A stretch of DNA of 64,000 nucleotides from Mobula hypostoma (taxonomy: Eukaryota). Positions 37,255 through 48,775 of the stretch are shown here, piece after piece; positions within the stretch are counted from its first letter, which is position 1; every line of letters starts with the position of its first letter. Under the pieces are notes generated by a model, which saw only the letters and a list, made by a program, of their open reading frames with translations, did not search any database and was not told the DNA's origin. The translations under genes were made by a program, and so were the position numbers. The stretch covers positions 95,852,001 to 95,916,000 of the forward strand of contig NC_086105.1 in the NCBI RefSeq assembly GCF_963921235.1. Reading direction: 5' to 3'.

Positions 37255-37693
37255 AATCACAGGTGACAGGGTGGAGATACATCTCTACCAAAGGAGGTGT
37301 AAGGCGCTCCTTCCCTCCACTAGCCTGCAGGTCACCTTTGAACAAGGTGTAGAACCTGCTTAACCCCCTGATCGGGGTCACATGAAGCCATGGGAGCAGG
37401 TAGATGATGGTCGTATGAGCAGATGGTGCATATCACAAGTCCTGGTTATGTGACCACTGATGCCAGACAGACAATCTCTGAACTGTTTTGATAACGGCTG
37501 GGGTCACCCGTCTTGTAAAGACACTGCCTAGAAGAAGGCAATGGCAAGCCAGTAGGAAACTTTGCCAGGAACAGTCATGGTCATGGATAGGGCAACGGTG
37601 TGAATGGGTTCTTACCCCACAGTCAGTGATTCCTCACTCGGCAGACAGATGGAAGACCATGATTGCCCACGTCATACGATATGGTGCATAATG
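37255..37693 (+). mobile_element. RTE-tailed SINE-like element
   Basis: 3' part GAAGAAGGCAATGGCAAGCCA...TTTGCCAGGAAC...CACGTCATACGA resembles RTE/BovB-type SINE tails. Confidence 0.45.
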
Positions 37694-38522
37694 AGTACAG
37701 AATCATTTCTCCTGAGACTGTTATATTAGCTAATTCCTTCTCTTCCTTGGCATGGTCATCCATACTGTCATTTATCCAGCTGGGTGGGCAACAATCAATT
37801 ACTATGGTTTCTCTTACCATGAAGGATCTCTCTTTGGTTCCCTATTTAGCAATATCATTTAAAAATAATGAACATCAGTGTGTTGATGATTCATGCCTCT
37901 CTCAGCCCCTCCACACTTTCTAAGTTACTGTCCTGCTGTCTGATGGGAGGTACTGTGCAGTCATAGGTACGACATAGAAACAGGCGCTTTGGGTCTCTGT
38001 GGCAATGAACTGTTCTATCTTCCCCCTGCCCTCAATTTTACAGGCCAATTAACCTACTAGTCTTCATGTCTTTGGTATGTGGGAGGAGACTAGAACATCC
38101 AGAAAAAAACAGTAGTCCAGGGGACTTGCAAACCCCACACAGGCAGCATCATCGGACGTCATTCTGTGGTGCAGTGAGGCAGCAGCTTCACTAACTGCGG
38201 CACTGTGCAGAGAAGTGACTGCCTCTGCAGACCCGGGTTGTCGCAAGTGTCCTTGGAGCCAACGTACTTTTGGAGGATGATCTTATGTCTTTCCTTTCCA
38301 TTGATTCTATCCATCTCACTGGTAATTGTTCATATTCTTTATCCATATCTGACCCTGGAATGAAGTATGAAGCATATATGCTCCCTGATGAAGCACACTT
38401 TGCTTTACTGTGACGAGAGGTTTAATCTAGACTTTCTAACAAGTCCGTGTTCAGAAGGTTGCCCATATGTTACTCAAAGATGAATCAATCAATTAATATG
38501 CTGCTTTTGCTTCCTTGACCAG

Positions 38523-38678
38523 GCTTCGTGCACCTTGGAGGACTCCGCACAGCTCTGTACAATTACTTATTCGCCAAAAAACATAGAGGCCAGTTTATCT
38601 TACGTATAGAAGATACTGATCAGAGCCGTCTTGTACCTGGAGCAGCAGAAAATATTGAGGATGTACTGGAATGGTCAG
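38523..38678 (+). CDS. EARS2: EARS2 exon 2 (HIGH-type motif HLGG)
   Basis: ccag|...|gtattg; [35 protein letters not shown]. Confidence 0.96.
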
Positions 38679-39444
38679 GTATTGTGCATAACTCTGTGGT
38701 TGCTGGGTGTTATAGTCTCCCTTGGTATCAGTTAAATCTCTCTCCCTCTCATATATCCTGAAATAAGCATAAGCCTTTCAATTATATTAGTGTCTCCCAC
38801 CCAGCGAAAGAATTTCAGTTATAACCCATTTTCAGTTTTACTGCCTTAGGCCCTTAGTTATATCACTTTCTTTCTTACAACCTGCATTCAGTTTAATGTC
38901 CCGTTACATATTTGTACTATGTTGCAGTTGACCTTGTGTTATAGGACTCTTGTCAAATTTGTTCTGTTACACACCCTTAGCATCTCACACATAATACTTT
39001 AATATACTCCACCCTCATTGCAATTTAATGGTTATAACGATGCTCTGAAGAACATAAGTAGAAACAGGAGTAGACTGGCATGTGCTCCTGTTCCATCATG
39101 ACTGACCATTTACCACCTTTCTACCCCATCCTCAAGTTCTTTAATATCTAAAAATCTATTAGTCTCTGAATAGGGTCTTGGTATCTGAATCAGATTAATA
39201 TCACCAGTATACATTGTGAAATTTGTTGCTTTGCGGAACCAGTACATTGCAAATCATAGTATTAAAAACTATAAATTACAATAACAAGTATGTATTAACA
39301 ATAAATTAAATAAGTAGTGCAAAAGGAGTGCGTAAATGGGGCAAAAAATACTGAGGAAGGGTTCTCGGGTTCATTGTCCATTCAGAACTTTGATGGCGCA
39401 GGGGAAGAAACTGTTCTTAAAACATTCTATCACTTGTCCTACAG

Positions 39445-39634
39445 GTATCCCCCCTGATGAAAGCCCACGTAAAGGAGGCCCCTGTGGACCATATCAGCAA
39501 TCGGAGCGACTGGATCTGTACCTGAAGGCAGCTGAAACTCTAGTGGAGAGGAATGCTGCTTACTATTGCTTTTGCACTCCCTCCCGTCTGGAAATACTGA
39601 AGAAGGAAGCACTGAGAATGAGGCAAACACCAAA
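39445..39634 (+). CDS. EARS2: EARS2 exon 3
   Basis: tacag|...|gtaagc; [22 protein letters not shown]...[11 protein letters not shown]. Confidence 0.96.
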
Positions 39635-39800
39635 GTAAGCTTAAAATGTGTGTTTACAGGGATGGCATCCATGTTGAAGCATGTGCCTTTCCTCCACATA
39701 ATGGCTTTTAACAGCTTTTATCAGTGCACACAATAGGTATTGTTCCATGTGAACTCTGTCCTTTACTTGCTCAAGAATGTATGACCTGCCCCCTAATACT

Positions 39801-40292
39801 GAAGCCACACTCAGGTTGGAGGAACAACACCTTATATTCCGTCTGGGTAGCCTCCAGCCTGATGGCATGAACATTGACTTCTCTAACTTCCGTTAGGCCC
39901 CACCTCCCCCTCGTACCCCATCTGTTACTTATTTTTATGCACACATTCTTTCTCTCACTCTCCTTTTTCTCCCTCTGTCCCTCTGAATATACCTCTTGCC
40001 CATCCTCTGGGTCACCCCCCCCCCCCCCGTCTTTCTTCCCGGACCTCCTGTCCCATGATCCTCTCGTATCCCCTTTTGCCTATCACCTGTCCAGCTCTCG
40101 GCTCTATCCCTCCCCCTCCTGTCTTCTCCTATCATTTTGCATCTCCCCCTCCCCCCCCCAGCTTTCAAATCCCTTACTCACTCTTCCTTCAGTTAGTCCT
40201 GACGAAGGGTCTCGGCCTGAAACGTCGACTGCGCTTCTTCCTATAGATGCTGCTTGGCCTGCTGCGTTCAACCAGCAACTTTGATGTGTGTT
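39801..40292 (+). mobile_element. 5'-truncated Penelope-like element 3' end in EARS2 intron 3
   Basis: Near-identical to 56512-56996; 10-bp TSD CCCTAATACT at 39791-39800 and 40293-40302. Confidence 0.9.
40195..40230 (+). ncRNA. Minimal type I hammerhead ribozyme motif (PLE-borne)
   Basis: AGTC-CTGACGA-A-GGGTCTCGGCCT-GAAAC-GTC-GACT: stem I AGTC/GACT, CUGANGA and GAAA core, GUC cleavage triplet. Confidence 0.75.
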
Positions 40293-40469
40293 CCCTAATA
40301 CTCCCTCTGCCTTTTATTTCAGAAAGTTAGAGATTCTTATATAGCACCTCCCATTACCCTGAGATGCCTGAAGTTGGTTTACAGCCAGTTGCAGTTACTG
40401 TTAAAATGCAGGAAGCACAACAGCTGATTTGTGCTTAGCAAGCCCCCGAAAACATTCTAGAGGTACTGA

Positions 40470-40617
40470 ACAACAGGAATTCTGCAGATGCTGGAAATTC
40501 AAGCAACATACATCAAAGTTGCTGGTGAACGCAGCAGGCCAAGCAGCATCTATAGGAAGAGGTGCAGTCGACGTTTCAGGCCGAGACCCTTCGTCAGGAC
40601 TGACGAAGGGTCTCGGC
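40470..40617 (-). mobile_element. 148-bp PLE terminal mini-insertion with hammerhead and fold-back
   Basis: TSD TAGAGGTACTGA at 40458-40469 and 40618-40629; matches 56900-57032 in reverse. Confidence 0.85.
40566..40601 (-). ncRNA. Minimal hammerhead ribozyme motif (antisense copy)
   Basis: Exact reverse complement of 40195-40230. Confidence 0.72.
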
Positions 40618-40624
40618 TAGAGGT

Positions 40625-42032
40625 ACTGATACAGTCGAAAGTTTCCACCTGTTTCAAAAGGGCAACAATTGTAGCAGTGCCCAAGAAGAACAGTTTGAGC
40701 TGCGTTAATGTCTGTCGTCCAGTTGAACTCTCATCTACAGTGATGAAGTTCTTTGAGAGGTTGGTCATGGCTAGAATTGACTCCTGCCTCACTGAGGGCC
40801 TGGACCCACTGCAATTTGCCTATCACCATAATAGGTCTACGGCAGATGCCATCTCATTTGCTCTCCACACGGCCTTGGATCACCTGGACAAATCAAATAC
40901 CTATGTCAGGATGCTGTTCATTGATTATAGCTCCGTGTTTAACACCATCATTCTTACAGTCCTGATTGAAAAGCTACAGAGCCTGGGCCTCTGTATTTCC
41001 CTTTGCAACTGGATCCTCGACTTTGTCTGTGTGGATGGGTAATAACATCTCCACCTCGCTGACAATCAACACTGGTGCACCTCAGGGATGAGTGCTTAGC
41101 CCACTCCTCTACTCTCTCTTCTCCCATGACTGTATGGTTGGCCATCGCTCAAATGCCATCTAAAAATGTACTGATGGTACAACCATTGTTGGCAGAATCT
41201 CAGACGGTGACAAGAGGGTGTACAGGAGCGAGATATACCAGCTCATTGAGTGTGTGGCAGCAACAACCTCGCACTCAACATTGGTAAGAAAGAGCTGATT
41301 GTGGACTTCAGAAAGGGTAAGTCGAGGGAACACACACCAATCCTTATAGAGGGATCAGGAGTGGAGAGAGTGAGCAATTTCATGTTCCTGAGTGTTCATA
41401 CCTTTGAGGACTTAACCTGTTCCCAACATATCGATACAGCTATAAAGAAGGCAAGACAGTGGCTATGTGTCATTACAAGTTTGAGGAGATTGGTATGTCA
41501 CCTAAAGCACTCAAAATTTTCTACAGATGTACAGTGGAGAGCATTCTGACTGGCTGCATCACTGTCAAGTATGGGGAGGGGGCTATTGCACAGGATCGAA
41601 GTAAGTTGCACAGAGTTGTAAACTTAGTCAGCTCCATCATGGGTACCAGCCTCCATAGTATCTAAGACATCTACAAGGAGCGGTGCCTCAAAAAGGTGGC
41701 ATCCGTCATTAAGGACCCCAATCACCCAGGATGTGCCCTCTTCTCACTGTTACCATCAGAAAGGAAGTACAGAGGCCTGAAGGCACACACTCAGCACGTC
41801 AGCAACAGCTTCTTCCCCTCTGCCATCCGATTCCTGAATGACCATTGAATCCATGAACAGTACCTCACTACTACTATTATTTCTGATTTTGCATGACTTA
41901 ATTGATTTAACCATTGAATTTACACGCACTGACTGTAATTCAGTTTTTTTTGTGTTATGTATTTCATTGTACTGCTACCACAAAGTTAAGAAATTTCACA
42001 ACACAATGCTGGTGATACTAAACCTGATTCTG
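40625..42032 (+). mobile_element. 5'-truncated Rex1/Babar LINE (frameshifted RT)
   Basis: [51 protein letters not shown]; tail GATACTAAACCTGATTCTGA. Confidence 0.88.
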
Positions 42033-42304
42033 ATAAAGGAATCCAAGTTAGAGATGGCGAAAGATCAATCTTGGTGGAGACATGGGTGATTTCTTTGCAT
42101 GAATAGTGCCACAGAACCTTTTTTATCTACATGAACAGTAATTAACCTAGATTACTATCACATTTGTAAAGTATATAGTGCAGGACTCTGTCGTCAACAC
42201 TGCAGTATCCCTTCAACAGAGGAATGCTCTCGCAGCATCCGTGACAGTGAAGCATTCCTCCAATATTTCTCCTTCATCAGTGCAGTGTTCCCTTCACAAA
42301 ATAA

Positions 42305-42940
42305 AATGAAATGCTGGGTGTCCTGAGAAGAAACCTCCACTCATGTAGTAAATCTGTCAAGAACATGGCATACAAGACACTCGTCCGTCCAAAGCTTGAG
42401 TATTGCACGGCCATATGGGATCCCCATCAAGCTATAAGAACTATATAAGAAGTCCATCAAAAAAATCCAACGCCATGCTGCTCGCTTTGTGTTAAACGAT
42501 TACAGCAGGAAATCCAGTGTCACCAACATGCTCTCTAACCTTCAATGGGACCACTTGAAAACCAACGTATTAAACTATGGTTAATTTTCATTTTCAAGGA
42601 AGTTCACAACATCACTCCATCAAACATCCAAATTCGTCACAGGGTCAGTTCAACACGACAGCAAACTGGATCTCACATATTGGAAACTCCTTCATTCAAT
42701 AAGATTCGCTACCAGTACTCCCTCTACCCAAGATCAACAAGAGAGTGGAATCTTCTGCTGCCAGACCTGCGCAGTATTTCTGACATGAATATTTTTAAAG
42801 ATAGACTCAATCAAATCAATTTAGAGGATCTAGTCAAAAAAGCTCACTTTACCATTTAACTTGCACACCGTTCACACCGACTGCGCGTTATAACAGCCGT
42901 ATGGCAGTGCTTGCACAGTACCAAGCAGAAGAAGAAGAAG
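42305..42940 (+). mobile_element. CR1-group (Daphne/Crack/L2-like) LINE 3' fragment with (GAA)n tail
   Basis: MLGVLRRNLHSCSKSVKNMAYKTLVRPKLEYCTAIWDPHQ, IQRHAARFV, YQYSLYPRSTREWNLL. Confidence 0.7.
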
Positions 42941-43319
42941 CATACTAGCCTTCCACAGCTAACATTTGTTCAGTTCTTGCTCTCTTAATTTATGTATATG
43001 TTATGTTGTATGTTGTCTGAACCTACATGCCTGTGATGCTGTGGCAAGCAAGTCTTACATTGTACCTGTACCTATGTATATTGTATATGGATGTGTACTT
43101 GTGTCATATACTCAACTGTACTTGTGTATTTGATAATAAACTTGACTGAAGAGTGCTGTCTTAGCACTGCCTCTGAAACAGTGATTTCTTCACTAATCAT
43201 CTAACAGTGCAACATTCTCTCGGGGAATGTTGTTTTGGATAATGTGCTCAAGCCTTTAGAATAGGACATAAACCCACAGTCTTCAAATTCTGTGTTAAAT
43301 GAATGTTCTCCATTTTTAG

Positions 43320-43792
43320 GTATGACAATCGCTGCAGGCACCTTACTTCAAAACAGATCGAGGAGAAATTGGTACAAGGGTGCCCATATGTTATCAGATT
43401 CTGCCTGGACAAGGGTACAGTGTCCTTTGAAGATCTGGTGTATGGAACAAACAGGATGGAGCCGGCCAGTGTGGAAGGAGACCCTGTCATCATTAAGGCA
43501 GATGGATTTCCGACCTATCACTTGGCAAATGTTGTTGATGACCATCACATGAATATCAGCCATGTTCTGCGGGGTACTGAGTGGCTAACTTCCACTGCCA
43601 AGCACGTGTTGATGTACAGAGCCTTCGGCTGGGATCCACCAGTTTTTGCTCACCTTCCTCTCCTCTTGAACAAGGACGGCAGCAAGCTGTCTAAGCGTCA
43701 GAGTGATCTGTTCATTCAGAACTTTTCCCAGAATGGGTACCTCCCAGAGGCTTTACTGGACATTGTTACGAACTGTGGTTCAGGCTTCTCAG
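43320..43792 (+). CDS. EARS2: EARS2 exon 4 (KMSKS-type motif KLSKR)
   Basis: tttag|...|gtattg; YDNRCR...[26 protein letters not shown]...KLSKR. Confidence 0.97.
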
Positions 43793-44054
43793 GTATTGTT
43801 CTGTTCTGTTTGGAGTGCCTTATACACGGGACTGCAAATCGGCTGGGCTATGTTGAGGGAGGGTTGTGCGGAGCTTAGAGTGTGTCAGATAGAGGTTGTT
43901 TTAAATTGAGCCTGCAGGCAGGGTTATGTACAGAATGGATTGAGTATTTACAGGTTTGGCATATTATGGACATACTGGGGTATGTTGTATGTAGGATATT
44001 TGGAGTAAAATGATAGCAGCAGGGTCTTGTTCTTCTGGGTGCTCATGAAAAGGA

Positions 44055-44365
44055 TCAGTAAAACGAGTCACAGAGGGCAACTGGAAAACAAGGAATAGGC
44101 TTTAAAGCGAGAGGAAAATATTTAAGAGAGACCTGAGGACTAATGTTTTCACACAAAGGATGGTGGGTGTATTGACTGAGCTGCCAGAGGAATCTGTAGA
44201 GGTGGGTACAATAACTCTGTTTGAAAGATAGTTTGACAATTGGAAAGGTTTGGAGGGATGTGGGCCAAAACGAGACCAATGGGACGAGCTAAGGTAGACA
44301 ATTTGGTCAGCATGGATGGGTTGGGCTGATAGGCCTGTTGTCATGCTGTATAACTCTATGACTCT
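44055..44365 (+). mobile_element. CR1 3' fragment abutting the EARS2 exon 5 acceptor
   Basis: CR1 3' region ending GGCCTG...GCTGTATAACTCTATGACTCT. Confidence 0.75.
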
Positions 44366-44377
44366 TTGTGTTTGTAG

Positions 44378-44486
44378 GAAATCGGCCAGGTCGAACTCTA
44401 GAAGAATTAGTGAGTGAGTTTGATGTGACCAGGATCATAACTCACTCTGCACTCCTGGACCTTGACAAACTGCCAGAGTTCAACAG
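44378..44486 (+). CDS. EARS2: EARS2 exon 5
   Basis: tgtag|...|gtacat; [35 protein letters not shown]. Confidence 0.94.
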
Positions 44487-45185
44487 GTACATAAGGATCC
44501 AAGTGTGAGCACGCATAAGCATAAGTGTGCACATCAGTGTACTTGTACTAATAGTAAAGCCATTTTCTACTGTGGTGAACATAACCTTTACTCTATCAGT
44601 TTACATTTGTAACTTTAAAATTTACAGCCTCTGATAAAGTTCAAATGGCCCTCTCAATGTGGTACATTAAATAGAGTCAAAACAGGAGGGTGTCAAATGT
44701 TTCCAGTGTTTGAGGAAATGCAGGGAAGTTCTCCTGTGTTCTGGTTAGTTGTTTAAGGGATTGACTGAAGTACTTTGATGGTGTGGTAAGATGCAGTGGA
44801 GAAGTAAGTTTCTTGCTGCTGAGCTACTCAGACCTTGACACCCCAAGACAGTCTCAATCTGTTCTGAATTGGTCAGTTTTGCTGGGGCATCATAGGCAGT
44901 ATCAGCATCAGGAGAGTAAAAGTCAGCCAGGCAGAACTGATAGGCATGCAATACTTCTCACTGTAGTTAATAAATAATATGCAGGTAGAGACACAACTAA
45001 TGAATAAGGTGACAAGGAGAGAGGGGATGCTGTTGCTGTTTATTAGTGTTAACCTATGAGGAGGTGCACATAGCATTTTCAGGACTCCAGCTGAGATTAG
45101 GTTGATATGTTACACTGCAGACAAATGATTCACAACAACTGAACCTGCCCACTCAGATCCTGTCCATGCTCTTCTTATTTGGCAG

Positions 45186-45339
45186 AATTCACTTGTTGCG
45201 CTGCATTGAAAATAGTAGCTCACGGCAGCAATTGGTGATGGAGCTGCAAACACTGGTAGAGAAGGTGTACAAGGACAATCTGCCAGAGGGTAAACCCCTG
45301 AGCACAGACTATGTGGAACGGGTGCTGGTACACCGGAAG
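45186..45339 (+). CDS. EARS2: EARS2 exon 6
   Basis: ggcag|...|gtagga; IHLLRCIENSSSRQQLVMELQTLV...YVERVLVHRK. Confidence 0.92.
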
Positions 45340-46003
45340 GTAGGAGCAATACTGAAATTTATTCCTAGTTTCAGCCCCCTCTGAGTCTCAGTAACTATGA
45401 GTTGGGATGGGTTGCCTGTTGTTGAGTAGTGGCTGTGTCAACTTCCCACTGGGAGATTGATACTGTTGCTGAAGAACTGTGTGGTTCGAAAGGAGAAAGC
45501 CGGTGTAGGAGCAAACCGAGAGGCCACACAGAGTTGGTATTTGAAATAACGGGCAATTTGTTAAAAATTGGTCTGCATCATTAGACCAGTCAAAGCTGAT
45601 CTACCCGAACATGAACTGGGTACAACTTAGTTGTATTCTTAGTTGACAACATTACCAGTGAAACTACATTTCGATTTTAATTAAGTAGCAGACTAGGTCC
45701 TGATTACTGAATAACATGATTATCCACAGGTCTAACAGTATATATATATATGTTTTTTTCTGTTACAACAATGGATGCATGCTATAACGTAATTAATGAA
45801 GTCCCTGAACCTTGGGTGTTGTTACTGTTGCATTCCATGTCTCGATTTCTAGGCTTTGTCTGGGATTCCCTGTTACCACATTAGCACAATCCACATCCCT
45901 ATTTCCAGTTATTAGCCCTCACTATTACTCCCCTACAAGCTGAAACCTCAGTTAATGAACTGTAAGACACAGCCATAAAATTATGTATTTGACATACTGG
46001 CAG

Positions 46004-46134
46004 GGGCACATCACTTCTTTGCTGGACTTGCTAAAACCAGACTACTCCTACCTGTGGATCCGCCCTCCTGTGCCACGAGAGCAGATGGAGGATCTGACAA
46101 CAGAGGCAGTGAAAATCTGCAGCATGGTGTTAAG
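46004..46134 (+). CDS. EARS2: EARS2 exon 7
   Basis: ggcag|...|gtaagc; GHITSLLDLLKPDYSYLWIRP. Confidence 0.93.
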
Positions 46135-46825
46135 GTAAGCATCTGCCTCCCCTCCCTATCCTCCTAATCTGTTTTCCCATTCATTCTGTCCTCGCCTTTT
46201 AATCTCACTCTTCCGTCCTCCCCTTTTGTCCTCTCGTTTTGCTATTGCTGTCTGTCCTCCTGTCTCACCCTTTCTCCTTTTACCCCTCCTGCTCTTTCCC
46301 TTTTAGTCTCTCCACACTATTGCCCACACTGACCTTCCAGTTTACTCTTGCACTCCCCCCTCATTGCTTAGCCCTTCCCTCTCAACCCTTAGCTCTTCCC
46401 TATGGTCTCTTGTGGTCCTTCTGTCTCACCTGTACCCCTGCTGCCCTTGGTCCCTGCCTCCCCCCCACCCCCACCAATTCCTTCCATCTTCTTCCTCTAA
46501 GGTTTGGTCTCATCTGGTCTCTCCTTCCAACCCCACTCTCGCCCTCACCCTCTTTCTCAGCTCTCTACTCTTATCTCTGCTGTACCCTTTTCTTCATACA
46601 TCTCCCACCACCTTCTTGTGTTCTGTCACCCTTCCCTAGTGCACTTACCTTTTTCTCCAAACTCTTGCCCTCCTCGAAGTCCACCCTGGCATTTCACATT
46701 TCTTGTACTGCCAACTCTCCTTTCTGCAATCCATTCTCCTCGACCCTCTAGTTTTCTTCAATCTGTCACTTTGAAACTTAATCTTACAAAGAAATCAATT
46801 AACTCTTTGCTGACTTGGATTCCAG

Positions 46826-46964
46826 CCTATACCAGAACTGTTCAAACGTTCATGGGACCCCAGCAGATCTGAATTCAGAGCTGAAATGGTTACAGACACA
46901 GTTGACAACCACCAAATACAGTGCCATGATGAAGCTCCTTCGACTGGCTCTCAGCGGGCAGCAG
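46826..46964 (+). CDS. EARS2: EARS2 exon 8
   Basis: tccag|...|gtaggg; LNSELKWLQ...TKYSAMMKLLRLALSGQQ. Confidence 0.9.
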
Positions 46965-47450
46965 GTAGGGAGCATCAAGATCAGTGGCACTAGTGAAGAG
47001 GGACTAAATACTTGTGAAGACTGAAAAGGCTGCCCTAGTTTTCCTTAACACTGAGCATGCTCACAGGAGATATACATAGGAGATAAATTCTGAGAAGTTT
47101 TCTTAGGCTAGTGATGGAAACACTGCCTTCACTGTTGGCAAGTTAGGTATCCAGATGAGAGCGATTTGTTAATTGGAAAAAGAGCTGAAGGGGAGATGAA
47201 CACAATGTTTTGTTGCTCATGGAATTGGCAGAGCTATCATTGGCAGTCGGTGGTGGGATTGGAGCTCTCTTTCAAAGATATAAATAGCTTGCCTTTCTGC
47301 CACGGTTATTCTAGTGCCTAGTGTTGGTTCTGGGGAGGTAATCTATATCTTTTTGGAGTGTTGTAGAGAGGGGACATAATGAGGGAATTTTAATTGGGTA
47401 AATTTGCTGTTTCTTTTGGAGGATCTGATAGTATTTTGCTTTCTCCACAG

Positions 47451-47534
47451 CAGGGACCAAGTGTAGTTGAAATTATGCTGTCCTTGGGACCTAAAGAGGT
47501 GTGTGAGCGACTGCACCGAGTGATTGTTCAGTGA
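47451..47534 (+). CDS. EARS2: EARS2 exon 9 (last)
   Basis: cacag|QGPSVVEIMLSLGPKEVCERLHRVIVQ*; the nine exons sum to 1608 nt, i.e. 535 aa plus stop. Confidence 0.93.
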   Translation, partial: QGPSVVEIMLSLGPKEVCERLHRVIVQ

Positions 47535-48045
47535 GCGTGGGTGGCCTTCTACCACCTGTACTCTTGACAGGTTGTCCATGATGTATTCTTCAATCTGTAC
47601 GACTGCTGATGGAACATCCAGGAAGGGAAAACGTGAACGTCCGAACATTTTACGCTTCTGGGTGAATCTACCTGGTATAATGAGAAGCTGCATTCACGGC
47701 GCTGCTTTGTGATTACAGCACACTGGTCAGGGACCTGGGCTTCAGCTGCATCGGAGTCCAGCAGAGAAGGGAAAGACTTCCATCCCCACAGGGTAATCCT
47801 TATGTTACTCCTGCTCTTGGAGGAGTCTCAGATCCATGACTTCAGGATCACGTGTTGTTCATGGGACTTTGATCATCTGATAACCAAGAATACCAAATCA
47901 CTTGCTGTGAGGACTATTGGTATCAATGGATTAACAGCAGAGATAAATATCATTTAATGCAGCTGTTCTGTGCTCCACACCAGCCTCCTGCTTCACATTA
48001 TTTTTTATTTATTTCATTCTGTTCTTTTCTCCCTTGTGTCTTCCA

Positions 48046-48051
48046 AATAAA
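48046..48051 (+). terminator. Candidate EARS2 polyadenylation signal
   Basis: AATAAA about 510 nt after the stop, in a U-rich context. Confidence 0.45.
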
Positions 48052-48261
48052 GACATTGGTTCTATTTCTAATGCCCTAAACACCAGCAGCATAACAGGCA
48101 GTAACTAGCTAACTATCTCTAAAGAGAAACACAGACTTACTATGCTTTGAGTTAAATAGGTGTCTGGTGAGTTCTTTACTGGATTTATTATAAATAATTT
48201 ATATTTATTATCTTATGTTTTTCTCCTTTTGTATTGATCTCACCCTTCCCACGAGTAAAAA

Positions 48262-48775
48262 GTTCAAATTTATTGTCATTCAGCTGTACACATGTACACT
48301 GCCAAACAAAACAATGTTCCTCCAGATCAAGGTGCACAACACAGTAATTCACATACAACATATAAAGTAATATTAGCACAAATAAATTAACAAATAATAA
48401 GGTGCAGTTACATCACAAGCTAAAAAGTAACCAGTATAATGCTATTGGTGCTTCCTACGTGGTGACACCTCGGTGTTGGTAGGGAGTTCAGTAGTATTAC
48501 AGCCTAGGGGAAGAAGCTGTTTCCCATCCTAACAGTTCTTGTCCTAATGCTTGTACCTCCTGCCTGATGGAAGGGGGTCAAAGAGATGGTTGGATGGTGG
48601 GATGGATCATTGACAATGCTAAGGGCCTTGCATGAGGAGTGCTCCTGGTAAGTATCTCTGGTGGGTGGAAGAGAGACTCTGATGATCCTCTCAGCAGTCC
48701 TCACAATCCTTTATAGAGTCTTGTGGTCAAACGTCCTGCAATTCACCAGCCGGTGATGCAGCTGGCCAGTACACT
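48262..48775 (-). mobile_element. Rex1-like 3' fragment
   Basis: RTAERIIRVSLP...SIRTRTVRMGNSFFP; tail GACAATAAATTTGAACT. Confidence 0.7.

Noticed and set aside
46239-46872. Overlapping 170, 122 and 91 aa ORFs
   Set aside because: Low-complexity pyrimidine-rich intron that lacks stops because of its composition
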